A stretch of 64,000 nt of DNA from the human T2T-CHM13v2.0 reference genome, Homo sapiens (GCF_009914755.1 NC_060930.1); one strand, 5' to 3'. Shown: positions 1 through 13,470, numbered from the stretch's first letter. The notes: generated by a model from the sequence alone, not told the origin. Numbers and translations are program-made.

Positions 1-142
1 TTTCTACTAGCAGAATTTTCTAGAAAGAGAATGATCTTAAGTTTGACAAAACACTTAAACAGACCCTTAGTTAGTTACACAGAAGAAAAGTCTCAGGCTT
101 GGAAAAGAGAGGCTTAGATAATGAAAATAGAAATATGTATAT

Positions 143-144
<2 letters not shown>

Positions 145-181
<37 letters not shown>
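145..181. repeat. (GT)n microsatellite, ~18 units
   Basis: Pure GT run read directly. Confidence 0.97.
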
Positions 182-182
<1 letters not shown>

Positions 183-1033
183 TTTAGACATGCAATTTTT
201 ATATACAGGTCTATGCAATGTATATGTATGTGTCTGTGTGTGGATCGTGGGTGGATAGAGAGAGAAATGTCACTATGAAACCCCAAGGATGGTGTGCCCA
301 TGTGAAAGGTGCTCACGTGGCGGGGACAGACAGTGCCGGCCACCAGCAGTAATGGACGCTCTCCGACTTCCAGCTTTTCCACATCTTTGCTTCACTTCTC
401 CCTTGTCCCTGGCAGAGCCATGTGCACTGGTGGTTCCGGGAGGGATGGTGTGGTGGGGGCTGTCCATGCAGGGTGCTTTGCAGTGTGGGGTGAGGACAGC
501 TGCCCAGAGGGACAGCAACCCACCCCTGCAGGGAGGACTGAGGGGAAATGCACCCACAGGACCCAGGGCTGCATGGTGCTGAGCTGGGGAGGAAGGGTGC
601 ATGCACAGAAACCCTGGGGAGGGCACTGCACAGCCATGGCCTCACCAGGCGTTTGGCTGTGAGATACTCAAAGAACAGGTGACATGGGAGGACAGCCTGA
701 GCTGGGTGCAGAGTCAGGCATGTGCCCTCTGTTCCATGGGGTTTCAACTAGTGAGCGTCCCTGAGGTAGAGCCATCCCAGCGGTTGAGCTCTGCACCCTC
801 AAGTCTCCATGCCCTTCGATGCTCTTACCATCCAAGGTCAGCCAAGGCATATAGAACCCCCACCCCCAACTGTGGGCAGTGTGCAGGCACGGCAGGTGCT
901 CAGTATGGCGGGCAGACAGGGGGACCTGCTTGGCTGAAATGCAGCAGATGTGTGGGTGCTCAAGCCAGGGCCAGGCTACAGGGAGCCCTGTCTGCTTCTA
1001 TGACTGCAGGGCCCATGGCCCCCACGAACCAGC

Positions 1034-1393
1034 TGGATTAGTCGGTTTTCATGCTGCTGATAAAGACATACTTGAGACTGAAAAGAAAAAGAGGTTTAAC
1101 GGACTTACGGTTCCACATGGCTGGGGAGGCCTCACAATCATGGCAGAAAGCAAGGAGGATCAAGTCATGTCTTACATGGATGGTAGAAGGTAAAGAGAGA
1201 GCTTGTGCAGGAAAACTCTTCTTGATAAAACCAATAGATTGTGTGAGATTTATTCACTATCATGAGAACAGCGCAGGAAAGACCTGCCCCATCATTCAAT
1301 TACCTCCCACTGGATCCCTCCCACAACACATGGGAATTCTGGGAGTTACAATTCAAGACGAGATTTGGGTAGAGACACAGCCAAACCATATCA
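1034..1393 (-). mobile_element. THE1 (THE1A/B-type) MaLR solo LTR
   Basis: Ends read tggattagtcggttttcatgctgctgataaagacata and gagacacagccaaaccatatca (reverse THE1 termini). Perfect 5-bp TSD CCAGC at 1029-1033 and 1394-1398. Confidence 0.93.
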
Positions 1394-1519
1394 CCAGCCA
1401 AGGGGGTTGGAGGTTATGGGGAGGGGTCTAGACTGTGGACAGCCAGTTCTCAAGCAGGCCAAGACCAGCAGGACCACCCGCCTGCCCCTCATCCTGTTGC
1501 AGATTCACAGCGGCCCAGC

Positions 1520-1818
1520 TGTGGCTGGAGGTCATGGCCACACATGGCCATGGAGCCCTGGAAACCTGCTTGTGCCAACAGAGATGCACTGTGCTAGGAG
1601 GCCCACACTCAGCAGGAAGGGAAAAGCTGCCCATTAACCATTGTTTATGTTGATAAATATTGAAACTGATGGGTTGAAATGTGAAATGATACTTTGGATG
1701 TAGTAGGTTAAATAAAATACATTATTGAAATGAGTTGTATCTGTTTCCTTTTACTTTTTTAGGGTGGCTCCTGGAAACATAAACTCATGCAAGCATTGCA
1801 TTTCTATGGGACAGCGCT
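1520..1818. mobile_element. MER33-like hAT-Charlie DNA transposon
   Basis: Contains ggttaaataaaatacattatt...tgtttccttttactttttt and ends in tttctatgggacagcgctg, matching the recalled MER33/MER3 terminus. Confidence 0.75.
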
Positions 1819-2149
1819 GCTGCCAGCTAGCTGCGTCTTATCAGTCTCTGCCCCTCCCACACCCTCCTAGCTCAGGGTGAACACAGCCAGGCTGAAGGAA
1901 GCCTCATCTGATGGACAGGACCTCATCTGGATTCATCAGGAAGGAAGGAAGTCTGGCCCTCCCTGCATGTGACCATGGCCACTCCCATGGTCAGCAGCCT
2001 CTGAGCAGGAGTGGGCGGGACCTGGCCAGCACTCCTGTCACTTTTATCCATGAAACCCGACCTTCCTTACTGCTCCTGGGCTCCCAAGTGGATGTGCGAC
2101 CACCCAACCTTCCCAGTCCTCCTGAGTGGGTGTGTGACCAGCCCTCGGC

Positions 2150-2488
2150 GGCTTTCTTATGACTGGAAAGTGCAGCCACGACAAGGGAGCGGCCAGCCAG
2201 AAGGGAGCAATGACCACCCGGGCTGGCCCTGGAATTGCTGGAGCCACCAGAAAGACCACCCACAAAGAGCTCCAAGGAAACACCACCGGAGGCCAGAAAT
2301 GGGAGTGGGGCGGGGATCTGGAGCGGGGAGGTGACAAGGCTGAGAAGGAGCGGGTAGTCCTGGCACGATCCCATGCGGTGGCCACCTGCCTGGGTTAGCC
2401 TCAGCATGCCACCACTGCGACCTCTTTATTCCTCTTAAACTAGGTTGAACAAGTTCTGTCTGCAATCAGACAGGTCCCACCTAATACA
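2150..2488 (+). mobile_element. Old MLT1-type LTR fragment
   Basis: 3' end cttaaactaggttgaacaagttctgtc...cctaataca resembles MLT1 termini. 5' boundary uncertain. Confidence 0.4.
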
Positions 2489-3654
2489 GCTGCTCTATAA
2501 ATGTGGAGGCTGGGCAGGGAGAAGGCAGATAAATCAATGGCACATTTTTTTTTCCTGATAGAAAATGTGTCCAAGGTCCCAGGGAGCAAAAGTTGCTCAC
2601 AGCTTTCAATTCACCCCAGGCTGCCCCTCACAAGGCAAAATGGACAAGGGGGAACAGAATTCCCCTTCCTGGCCCTTCCCTGGTGTGCTGGGCCCCATTT
2701 CCCATCCGCTCGGGGAGAGCCGACCGTGTGCAGAGAGCAGCTGGACCTGGGTGGCTCCCTCTGCCCAGACTCCAGCGCCGCATGACGTGCAGCCCCTCAG
2801 CGGGAGCAAGTGTGGGGCCGTGGGCCTGGGCCAGGGCCAGCCGAGGAGAGATCACCCTGGGCTGGGTCTGTCTTCAATTCCAGGCTGAAGCCATCTCTGT
2901 GGAGGGTTGGGGTGCCTGCGGCCACCTGCACATGTAAGCTCTTCCCTTTAGCAGCCCAGAGGATGGAGCCCCACGGCCGTCAGGAGACCCCAGCAGGGCT
3001 CTCATGGACAGAGAGAGGAGGACAGCCTAGGCTGAGCAGCCTGACACAGACAGCAGGTCCGTCACCAGCCCACAGGGGACAGGAGGGAAGATGGACAGTC
3101 AGCGGGAGAGCCAGCCAGACAGGGTGCTGGTGGAGGCCACCGAGTGGTCCCTTAGGAGGGGCGAGAGGGCTGAGCCGAGTGCTTCCAGCCAGATCCGTGG
3201 TGGGACGAAGGGCTGAGGCGTGGGGCTGGCAGCTCTCTGCAGCCCAGGCGGTGGCTGGAGGGACCGTCCTCGAAGGGATGGCTGGAGGCCAGCAGTCTTC
3301 CCTGAGGCTAGGGGAATGAGCCCTTATTCCTGACCTCAACACACAGGGTTTTATTGTACTCACAAGACATACTGTTTGCTGAGTCATACGTGCAAATTCT
3401 GACCCAGGCCACCATAGACAAGGCCTCCAGTAATCCTCCAAGGAGGTACAGGCTACTTGGGGAGCCACGGGAACACTCTGGTGGCCAAGGGCTGGGGAGT
3501 CAAGAATGTGAACCCATCTGGATGAGGGCAAGACACAGCTGCACACAGTGGGAGGGGTGCCAAGGTCCAGCCGAGGTCCTGCCAGGCCGTGCATGAGGAG
3601 ATGCAGGAAAACTGACCCGAGAGAACATTCTGAACTAGACGACAGGCCACTAAA

Positions 3655-4396
<742 letters not shown>

Positions 4397-4415
4397 TGAT
4401 TGTGTGTGTTCACAG

Positions 4416-4442
4416 ACACACACACACACACACACACACACA
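4416..4442. repeat. (CA)n microsatellite
   Basis: Pure CA run. Confidence 0.95.
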
Positions 4443-4791
4443 GAACCCCACCAAGGGCTGCCTCCAAGGGCTGTTCACTGCCGTCTTTACTCAAGTATCT
4501 TTGGCCCCAGCCATGCTGAGTCTCATGGAGACTCCCATGTCGTTTTTGGGCATAGGAGACATAACTGGGAAACTCCTTTTCAAGGGCCACTAAGCTGCTG
4601 TTCCCAGCTCCCTGAAGGAGAAATGGAAACAGTGACTGTGGAGGCAGAGCTTGGATTTAGTCCTCGGAGGGGGCGTGAGGAGAGGAACAGAGCTTCTGCG
4701 GCCGCTTCTGAGTGCGAGTGGCCCAGGCGCCCAGGGCGTGAGGGTTGAAGGTTGAAACTGATGGGTTTTCAACCTTCAGTTGATGTATCAA

Positions 4792-4894
4792 CCGAAGATA
4801 CTTAGCATCTGGCCTCCCGTCAGGAGAGCTTGCTGCTCGGGTTTAGCGGCCTGTCGTCTAGTTCAGAATGTTCTCTTGGGTCAGTTTTCCTGCA
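4792..4894 (-). other. Inverted local copy of 3602-3704 (templated insertion)
   Basis: Reverse complement aligns over 103 bp with ~7 mismatches (hand count). Confidence 0.92.
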
Positions 4895-4903
4895 GTAGAA
4901 AGG

Positions 4904-5055
4904 TTGAAACCGATGGGTTGAAATGCTGAAATAATCAAAATTTGGATGTATTAGGTTAAATAAAATACATTATGGAAAAGAATTTGATCTGTTTCCTTTT
5001 ACTTTTCTAAGGTGGCTCCTGGAAAACGTGAACTCACACAGCACTGCCTTTCTCT
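4904..5055. mobile_element. Second MER33-like fragment, direct local duplicate of ~1660-1810
   Basis: Shares ttgaaacYgatgggttgaaat and ggtggctcctggaaa with the first copy. Confidence 0.75.
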
Positions 5056-5897
5056 CTGGGAAGCCGCCGGCCACGGGTTTCGCCTCTTCGGGAAGGGACG
5101 CATGGCCCAGGCTGACCAAGGCCTTCAGTGACGGCCTTGCACTCAGCAGGGTCCCGGAAGGGTTGGGCCCGGTCAGAACAGGCTCCACTGCTGTTGCACA
5201 GCGACCGCAGACAGCGCATCTCCAACGGGAATGAAGTGGATTTGGACACTCACTGGCCATTTGTGAGTGAAAATATCCCCACTTTGTCTATTGAGCACGT
5301 AAAGTGGTCCCAGAGCTACCAGTTTCAGAATGAGCCGTGGAGGTCGTGAGTCACGCGATGAGGCTGCGCTTTTGCCATTTTCTCGTACTTTGGAAAAATG
5401 ATATAATAAAAAAGCTATCTACCAGCCACCAGAGTCATGCAATTCGAGGCGTACCTAACGGCCACCCAGCGTTAGCTGCACACAGCATGGACATTGAGGA
5501 GGACTGCAGCCCCACGCAAAGTGACACACGTCAGACTCACCCTGCACAGAGGCCATGTGACTGCCCCAGCCCAAGCCTAGGAGAAGCATTAGGACACAGC
5601 AACCATTTTCTCCAACACCTGCTAGAAAAGAGCTCATACGTGGAGGAGACGGCATCCTGCTTTTGGCTTTAAAATTTGGTTGCCCTAACTCTATGCCATA
5701 TTCTGAGAACTAAAAGATATCGCCCCTGAAAGGCAGCCACAGTCTACTTCAAGAGGCCAAAAATGTGAAGAAAAAAATACTATACAGGCACATGATCAAA
5801 TGCAAGCGCCGGGATACGTAAGGGAGCAGACAGCCCGTTCTAAGGGGAGCCACAGTTGTACTAGTCACCGAACGACGCGGCCTGGGTGTGCCGGCCA

Positions 5898-5991
5898 CTG
5901 TGCCTCTGATACACCCGTCACCTCCACCTGGGAGGTCCTTCCACCTGTGCCTCTCGTACACCCGTCACCTCTCCCTGGCTGGTCCTTCCAC
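5898..5991. repeat. 47-bp tandem duplication x2
   Basis: ctgtgcctct..tacacccgtcacctc...ggtccttccac occurs twice in tandem. Confidence 0.85.
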
Positions 5992-7351
5992 CTGTTCTGC
6001 ACCTAGGAAACTCCCACACAGTCCTTAGAGCTGAGCTCAGATGACACTTGCTCAGGAAAGGCCTCTCTCCTCTTCTACTCCTCTGTGAGACCTTCCCCTG
6101 GGTCCTGGCTCACTCATGACTCTACTTTCCAAATCACACCGGGTGCTGTGCCTCTGTCTCAGTGCACTCAACTCCAGCTGGCCTATGGGTCTGCTCCACA
6201 GCAGGCTCCACTTAGAAGGACACGGAGCTGAGGAAGGAGGGCAGGGCCAGGTTACTACACAACCTCCAATGCCGAGGCAATGCCTTCAGACTTTGTCTTG
6301 GTGGCAATATAAAGTTATGGGAGCGTGTGTGCAGAATCAGAACTGTTTTTTGGTTGGGGGAGACAGCCTCACTCTGTCTTTGGGATAAAATTAAAACCTG
6401 TAACAGGTCTATGGGGCCTCGCAGGGTCTCGGCCCTGCTCATTGCACACGGCGCCTTCCTCCCCGGCTTCAGCCCCACCAGCCCTTCCCAGTTCCATGGA
6501 GCATCCGCTCCTTCCTGCCCTGGGTGCTTGGCACATCCTGGCCTTTCTGCCTGAAGCAGCTGCCAGGCAGCTTCCGGCTCCGTGTCTCCACCTGCCCTCA
6601 CCCAGTTAATGCATACTCATCCCACAGGTCTTCACTTAGCATCGTGAGCTCACACAAGCCTTCCCCCAACCACCAGACTCCATCAGAGGTCACTCAGGCC
6701 CCGGGAATCTGCCAAGCCACTCATCATCACTGTGGTTCCACTGGGTATGAACAGCCTGGCATCTGCTCTCCCAACTGAAATGCCAGCCTCTGGAGCTGAG
6801 GCCCAGGTCTGACTGTGCCTAACACTGTCTCGAATGCGGTGAGTGCTCGGTATACTGACAATAAGGCGGGGAAGTGACGCCGGAAATGGGTTGGAGGAGT
6901 CTAGGCGTGGTGTCCACTGGATGGGACCAATGCGAGAGACGCGGAAGTTTGAAAGTTGATTGCATCCTGATGATGACAGGGAGTGGGAATTGGAGACTCC
7001 ACAGGGGCTCAACGCTGGGCTCCTGGGGGTGAGGGTGTGACACCACTATGGAGGCAGGCCTGAGGGAATCACTAACGTAAATCAAGTCTGAAGAGGAGAT
7101 GTTTGTGGACTGTGTGCCCGGCCAGCGCCAGGAAGGCCCCTTTAGCATGGGAGGGAGTGTCCTCCTCGCTCCAACAGGGCACCCCTGGGGCCTGACAGCT
7201 CAACTGTGCACAGACAGGCAGCTGCCTTTTGGGACAGCCAGACTCAAGTCCTTCCAGAGGTGTCGTTTCTAAATGAATAGAAATCAGAATAGCCTTCTTC
7301 CAGAACGTTTTCTCAGTAACTTTTCTGTAAAAATGTCCCTAATACAATAGC

Positions 7352-7560
7352 AAAAAAAAAAAAAAAAAAAAAAAAAAGTGATTACTATATTTCCAGGCAA
7401 CGTCCATGTACACACATATATCTAGGAATCCTCCCACTAATGCCAGCCTAGGTATTGTTAGTACCCACCTCACAGATGAGGAAACCAAGGCACAGGGAAG
7501 ACAGGAAATTTACCCAAGGTCACATTGCTGGTGATGGGTGCGGCCAGGATCCCCAGCCAG
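7352..7560 (-). mobile_element. A26 tract followed by a MIR
   Basis: cacagatgaggaaaccaaggcacagg...cccaaggtcaca is the reverse MIR core. Confidence 0.75.
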
Positions 7561-8114
7561 CAGGCCGGGCTCTGCCTCAGCTAGGCTGCGCCTGTGTGGT
7601 CCCCGGGCCTCCACACCAGAGCTGGGTCCTCCAGGGGCCGTGAATACTCAAGGCTAAGACAGCCCTGGCTGCTCTGTGGCTTTCCCTAAGCCGAGCCCTG
7701 CCTTCCCCCGCATCCAACCTTCTGTCAATGCTGTGCGCTGTGATTTAAAGGCTTCATTTTAATTCAATCCGTACCCCTGCTCAGATACCAGACAACACTT
7801 TGTTTTGTTTTGAGAAAACTGTATATGTCAGATTAACACAGTGGGCAGGAATTTGCTTCCCCGATCTTAGGGTACAATGTCACCGTTGCTTATTTTATTT
7901 AAATCAAGCTAAATCCAACTCCAACCAACATTCCATAAAAGCTCACGGGAAATTCTGTCTTAATGAAAACTGAGGTTTCCCTGACACCCCAGAGTGGGGA
8001 TGGGGCCCCCACCAAGGGTCTAACACTGAGGTAAGCATCCAGGAAAGGCCTTTCTCACCAGCCCACCCGGTTACCCAGATGAACCCTTGAGTCAGGGCCC
8101 TGCTGCTTGTGTGC

Positions 8115-8247
8115 CCCTGAGGCCCGGGGTCCCCTCAGGCAATGGGGGGTTCCTTGAGACACAGGGGTCCCCTCAGGCAATAGGGGGTTCCTTGAGGCCC
8201 GGGGGTCCCCCCAGGCAAGCGGGAGATCCCTGAGGCTTGGGGTCCCT
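8115..8247. repeat. ~37-bp GC-rich minisatellite x~3.5
   Basis: Repeating cctgaggcccggggtcccctcaggcaatggggggtt. Confidence 0.85.
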
Positions 8248-11052
8248 GTGCCCAGCCCAGCCTTGCTACACGCAGGCACGCCGGGCAGCCGATGTCACCA
8301 GCTCCTCAACCCCACCAGCCCCACCACTGAGGGGCTCATGGGCCCCACCAGCCTGGGTTCCTTCCCGGGCTGGGCAACCTTCTCCCTTACCCTCACCTTC
8401 AAAAGCAGTTCATTTCTACTCTTCCCTGTCAAGATACCCAGGTTTCAGTAAAAATGGGAAAATAGCTTCCTTCCACTCCCAGCCTCTAACACCTGAGGAA
8501 GTCAGCAGCTGCCCTGACACTCTGGAATTGGGGGTGGGGTCTGCAGGGTTTAAAAAACAAAATAAATTATGGAGGAGAGAGCCTGTTAATAAACATCACA
8601 GCAAATCACTGTTACATTTCTATAAAAGGCCATCGAATAGAATCATGCATCATTTAAGAGCATTTTTGCTACCCAAACACTCTTCTCTCCGTACCACCCC
8701 CCGTACACACCTCCTCCCCGCAAAATTGGATGATGGATTCTGGAAATGATGAGAACTTTGAGCCTGTGAGGGCGCCCCAGCAGTTCCCTGAATCTGCGTC
8801 CTCACTCTGCAGATGGAGCCATGTCAGCCCCGCCCCAGGAACTCACCCGAATGGAGCCGGGAGTCACATCAACTAAAAACAATGTGAATCTCAATTCAGC
8901 TACGACAGACTCGCTGTCACTCAGATCCCAGGACGTCCCCCCAGACGCTCCAGAGCCTGCCAATCTGGCCCAGAAACAGCATGCACCCGAGGCATCCTTC
9001 CAGCACCCGTTCCTCTCCCTACACAGAGCAGATCCCCAGCCAGCAAAGCCCTGCCATGTAGGCCACTGCCTTCCTTGACAGCCCCACGCACTGGGGCTTC
9101 CTGGTACCTCTGCGGGTGCCTCCTCTGCCTCCTGGGGACAGGCACTGCCTCCAACCTGGGGACAGGGTCCCCTTCTGCCTTCTCATTCATTTCCTTTCAT
9201 CGCAACCCACAGAAAGACTGACCAAAAGTGCTGAGAACTTCAGGTTCTCTGAGCCCCAGGACTCACCACGATGTTCACACCCCATCCAAAATATGCGGTT
9301 TTGTCAACTCTTGATTGGAAGATTCCTTCAAAGACTTTATTAATAAGGACCTCTAACAAGAATCTGAAACGGGCCCTGTTCTATGGAATTCCCCTCTGTG
9401 GCAGGTGAGGTGGCTGCGCAGAGCTCGGGAGCCCGCCCTGGGTGAAGGGGTAGGAGAGGCTGAGGCTCGGCCACAGAAGAAGGCACTGCTGCACACACAC
9501 AGCTGCGATCCCCGTGGCTAACGGCACTGGGGAGCCGGGAAAATCAAAAAGAAAACAGCATCCTGACGTTGGTCACGGTGCAAAACCTGAACAGAATCCC
9601 AGGCCCCGTGTGGCTCAATCTTTGTTTAAAGTTACATTCAAATAACAGACTCACTGCCAAAAAAAAAAAAAGTTTTAAAAATAACTGAATTCTCTGTTGT
9701 CTCTCTCTGCCTCCCTGCTCTCTCCCTTTCTGCCAAGACACACACACATAAACGCAGGCAGAAATACAAGCAAAATTCTCAGCAGCACTCCTTAAAATTC
9801 TTACTTGACATCTCATACACTCCCCAAAATTCCAAACTCATAGCAGCTGCCAAAGTCTTTTTTTTTTTTTTTCTTTCTGCTCTCAAAAGTCTTCATGGGG
9901 TCAGGCTGTGGCCAGGACCTTCCCATGTCACCCGTTCCCCCCTGGCCTCCCTGGCCTCTCCAATGGCTGCTGGGACCCCCGGTCCTAGCCCCAGACTCAT
10001 TGGGACCCAGAAAGACCTGGGGAAGGAGCTATGGAAGCCTCTGGAACAGGTGGTTCTTCCCATGCTATGGTTTTTCATGAGGGGCTGAGCTACTTTGTAA
10101 AGGCTTTGAAACGTACACAATTAGGGAGCACAATTAAGAAAAAGAACGTGAAATTATAAACACAAAATGAGATAGAAATTGGAAAATTATTTGGAATAGA
10201 AAAGAAATTACAACAAATTATGACGGTTCAAAAGCTGACAAATACAACAGGCGTCATAAAAAGGAAAAACGATTTTGTTGATTAAGTGCCTGATGGTGAC
10301 TGGCACTTCGACATATTTTCTCTAAAGAGAGTAGAAAACTAGTCAAGTCTTGCTTCTAACAGGCTTGTTTGATTTTATTTTATTATTATTATTATTGATG
10401 TTTAGAAAATGTCCACCACTCATGCTTGATAAAGTCATGTGAACGGGGCTGTGGGCAGACGCGTGTGGAGCCTGCCGTGGGGAGCCTACTCAGGTACGTG
10501 TCCATGTGGGGTCCCTCTGCCGTGCCAGGCTCGGAACCCCCACACTTGTGGATCTACCCTTTTGGTGCCCCTCAGGAAGACCTGGGAGACTTTTCAAACA
10601 TCCCAATGTCCACTCCCTGGCCCAGCCTACGAGGCAGACTCCCCAGGGACCTTAGGTTCCCTCGTCTGAAAGCCCCACCCCATGGTTTGAAAGCACAGCA
10701 ACCTCGAGCTCTAGAGGCCGGCCGCTGACAGGGCTGCCCTGTGCCAGGCGAGAGGAAAGCGTTTCACAGGATTCTGCCTGGGTGAGCCAGAGACTCCCTG
10801 GAGAGCGGTCCCGCCGCCCTCCACAGCCAGGGCCGCTCCTCTCTTGTTCTTAGCCCTGTGCACTGTTCCAGCACAGCTGTTCCCAAGCGCACGGCGGCTG
10901 CTCCCGCACTTCCACCGAGAAAAAGCTGAGGTCGGCGTAGCCGTGGAGAGGCCAAAGTGAGTCTGCATAATGAGACACTTTTTAAAGAATTCACAATAAA
11001 CATTCATTTGATGTCGGCGTATTCAAATACGATTTATTCACACTTTACCAAA

Positions 11053-11180
11053 TGAATTCATTTTCTAGAGCTGCTGTGAAGTACCACGAATGACAGAAAC
11101 TGGCTTAAGACAACAGAAATGTATCCTCCCCCAGTTCTGGAAGCCGGAAGTCTGAGACGAAGGCGTCAGCAGGGCTCTCA
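11053..11180 (-). mobile_element. MLT1 (B/C-like) LTR fragment
   Basis: ggcttaagacaacagaaatgtatcctcccccagttctggaagccggaagtctgag is the reverse MLT1 3' end. Confidence 0.75.
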
Positions 11181-11200
11181 TCCATTCGCCATGCTGGGTC

Positions 11201-11528
11201 TGTCACGGCCTGAATGCTTTCGTCCCCAACGTTCATAGGGTAGGAACCTTCATCCCACAGTGGCGGTTTAGGAGGCGACTAATCACCGTTGGGAGGTGGC
11301 AAAGTCATGAGGGTGGAGCCCTTGTGAAGGGGATGGGTGCCCTCCCTTACAGAAGAGGCCCCTGAGACTCCATCACCCCTTCCGCCACGTGAGGGCACAG
11401 CGAGAAGGCGCCATCTGTGAGCCAGGAGCTGTTCTCCCCAGACGTCTAACCTGCCTTCGCCTTGGCCTCCCAGCCTCCAGAACTGTGTGTGTGGCGCTTC
11501 TGTCACGCAACTAGGATGCACTGAGACG
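11201..11528 (+). mobile_element. MLT1A0-like solo LTR
   Basis: Contains gtcatgagggtggagccct...ccacgtgagggcacagcgagaaggcgccatctg...cccagcctccagaactgtg. Candidate TSD GGGTC/GGGCC. Confidence 0.85.
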
Positions 11529-11559
11529 GGGCCTGGGGAAAGCGCCGTTTTATGCGTCA

Positions 11560-11736
11560 GGAGAGGGTGGGGCCAAGGTGGGAGAGGGTGGGGCCAAGGT
11601 GGGAGAGGGTGGGGCTAAGGTGGGAGAGGGTGGGGCCAAGGTGGGAGAGGGTGGGGCCAAGGTGGGAGAGGGTGGGGCCAAGGTGGGAGAGGGTGGGGCC
11701 AAGGTGGGAGAGGGTGAGGCCAAGGTGGGGAGAGGG
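11560..11736. repeat. 21-bp G-rich VNTR x~8.4 (GGAGAGGGTGGGGCCAAGGTG)
   Basis: Near-identical units read directly. Confidence 0.97.
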
Positions 11737-12148
11737 CTTTGTGCACAACTCTCCCCCGGGGTTTTGCTGTGTCTGCTCCATCCTCGAAAAGCCAAACGCA
11801 CACTCCTAGATCTTCTTTCGGGGGATGCTTAGGAAAAAAGACTGGAATGGAATAGTGTCAGGGGTTGTTAATGAGAAGAGCCAGAGAAATGCCTGAGATA
11901 CAGGAAAAGCCCCCAGATGCTCCCTTCAGCAGGGCCCTGGGCATCCTCTGGCCTCCCAGTGGCTGGGGCTGAGCTAAGAGGAGGCTCATTTGTTGCAAGA
12001 ATGGCGCAGAGGGGTCTTGGATGCAGGGAAGGTGCCAAAAGAACTTGTGTCTAGGGCTCGGGGGAAGCAGGAGTGTGGAGTCCAGGGTCCGGAGCCGTGG
12101 CTCCTAGGTCACCCATTGACGAGGGCAGGATTCAAGCTTATGGTGTAG

Positions 12149-12380
12149 GAGGGCCGAGTGGGCGCCAGCGCTAGGGGCGTCGAGGGCCACGTGAGTGCCA
12201 GCGTTAGGAGCATGGGAGGGCAGCGTGGGTGCCAAGGCTAGAGGCGTCAGAGGACCATGTGGGTGCCAGTGCTAGGGATATTGGAGGGCCGTGTGGGTGC
12301 CAGCTCTAGGGGTGTCAGAGGGCTGCGTGGGTTCCAGCACTAGGCGTATTGGAGGGCTGCATGGGTGCCAGTGCTAGGGA
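12149..12380. repeat. ~34-bp diverged minisatellite x~7
   Basis: Units of the form gagggcYRYgtgggtgccagYgctaggg...... Confidence 0.88.
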
Positions 12381-13319
12381 CCCCTCCCAGTTCAGAAGGA
12401 CTTTCAACTCCCGCCTCGCTGCCAAACCCACTGCCTGGGGAGGGGTCTGGAAACCGTCCTTGAATTTGCCTCCCGTCTCCCCATCCTTAGCATCATCCTG
12501 ACTCTTCCTCTGCCCTCCTCACCCCAAAGTCCCAGAATGCCAGGCTGCTGCACAGACGCCCCCTCACAGCCCAGAACCCCGGCCCTGCCCATGCAGGGAC
12601 ACTACCCGCGCAAAGAAAACACGGGCGATGAGAAATGTCAGGTACCCAAATTCCTGAAGAACAAGATCTCTATCTAACTGCGAAGGTTTCAAAGCAGGTT
12701 GGACGTGTTTTCTCAGACAGGTTTGATATTTGCACCGCAGGAAATTTGGGCTCATAGAGACCCTTTAGCCTGATCTACAAAGCAGCAGGACAAACAGCGA
12801 CAGATGTTTGCAGTTAGACCTCTCCAGGATCTGAAGCCTCCTACAGATGGTGAGGAACCCTGCCTGGGAGCACAGAAAGCACATTAAAGAGAGCGTTTGC
12901 GGGACACCTGGAGGGGTGGCAAGGCATATGGGCTGAGGACGCCCTCCCCCAGACTCCCGTGCAGCCCCCTCCCAGGCACCGTATGCGTAGGGCACTGACT
13001 CACTCATCCTCTCTCCCTCTCGCACCTGGGACACTTCTTTACCAAGCAGCTAAACGACAAAGCCACTAAGATTAAAAGCCCTTCCTCACATGCCCTCAGA
13101 GTGGGAGGGCTGGCTCTGCTCCATCCCAGCTCACAACAGTGGAAGAAGAAAACATCTTGTTCCTGGAGGGTGGGCAGATGTCGCCGGCGGGGTCAGCCAT
13201 GAACTGTGTGCAGACGTGGTGCAGTGTGTGTGCTGGGATGTGGCGTGGTCCGCAGCCGTGTCCACCGCCCTGTGTCTGAGCCCAAACCTCCGTCCTGCAA
13301 GTGCCTCGTCATTCAACCA

Positions 13320-13470
13320 TTGGCCTTTGACTTCACTCTCCTGAATGTTGTTTCCTCTGTTCAGTGATGGTATTGAAAGTCTGATAGAGCTTTTGCTAAT
13401 ATAAATAAGATCATGCAAGAGAAGTGCTAAGCCCAGTGTTAGGGAGTAGCAAGCCCTCAGTGAAGGCATC
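13320..13470 (+). mobile_element. MIR fragment
   Basis: Diverged MIR core and 3' end (aagtgctaagcccagtg...agccctcagtgaa). Confidence 0.5.

Noticed and set aside
6985-7030. CR1-like RT motif relic (ccacaggggctcaacgctggg)
   Set aside because: Too short and diverged to call by eye.
10080-10450. AT-rich island, possibly an old hAT transposon fragment
   Set aside because: No termini identified; family cannot be supported.
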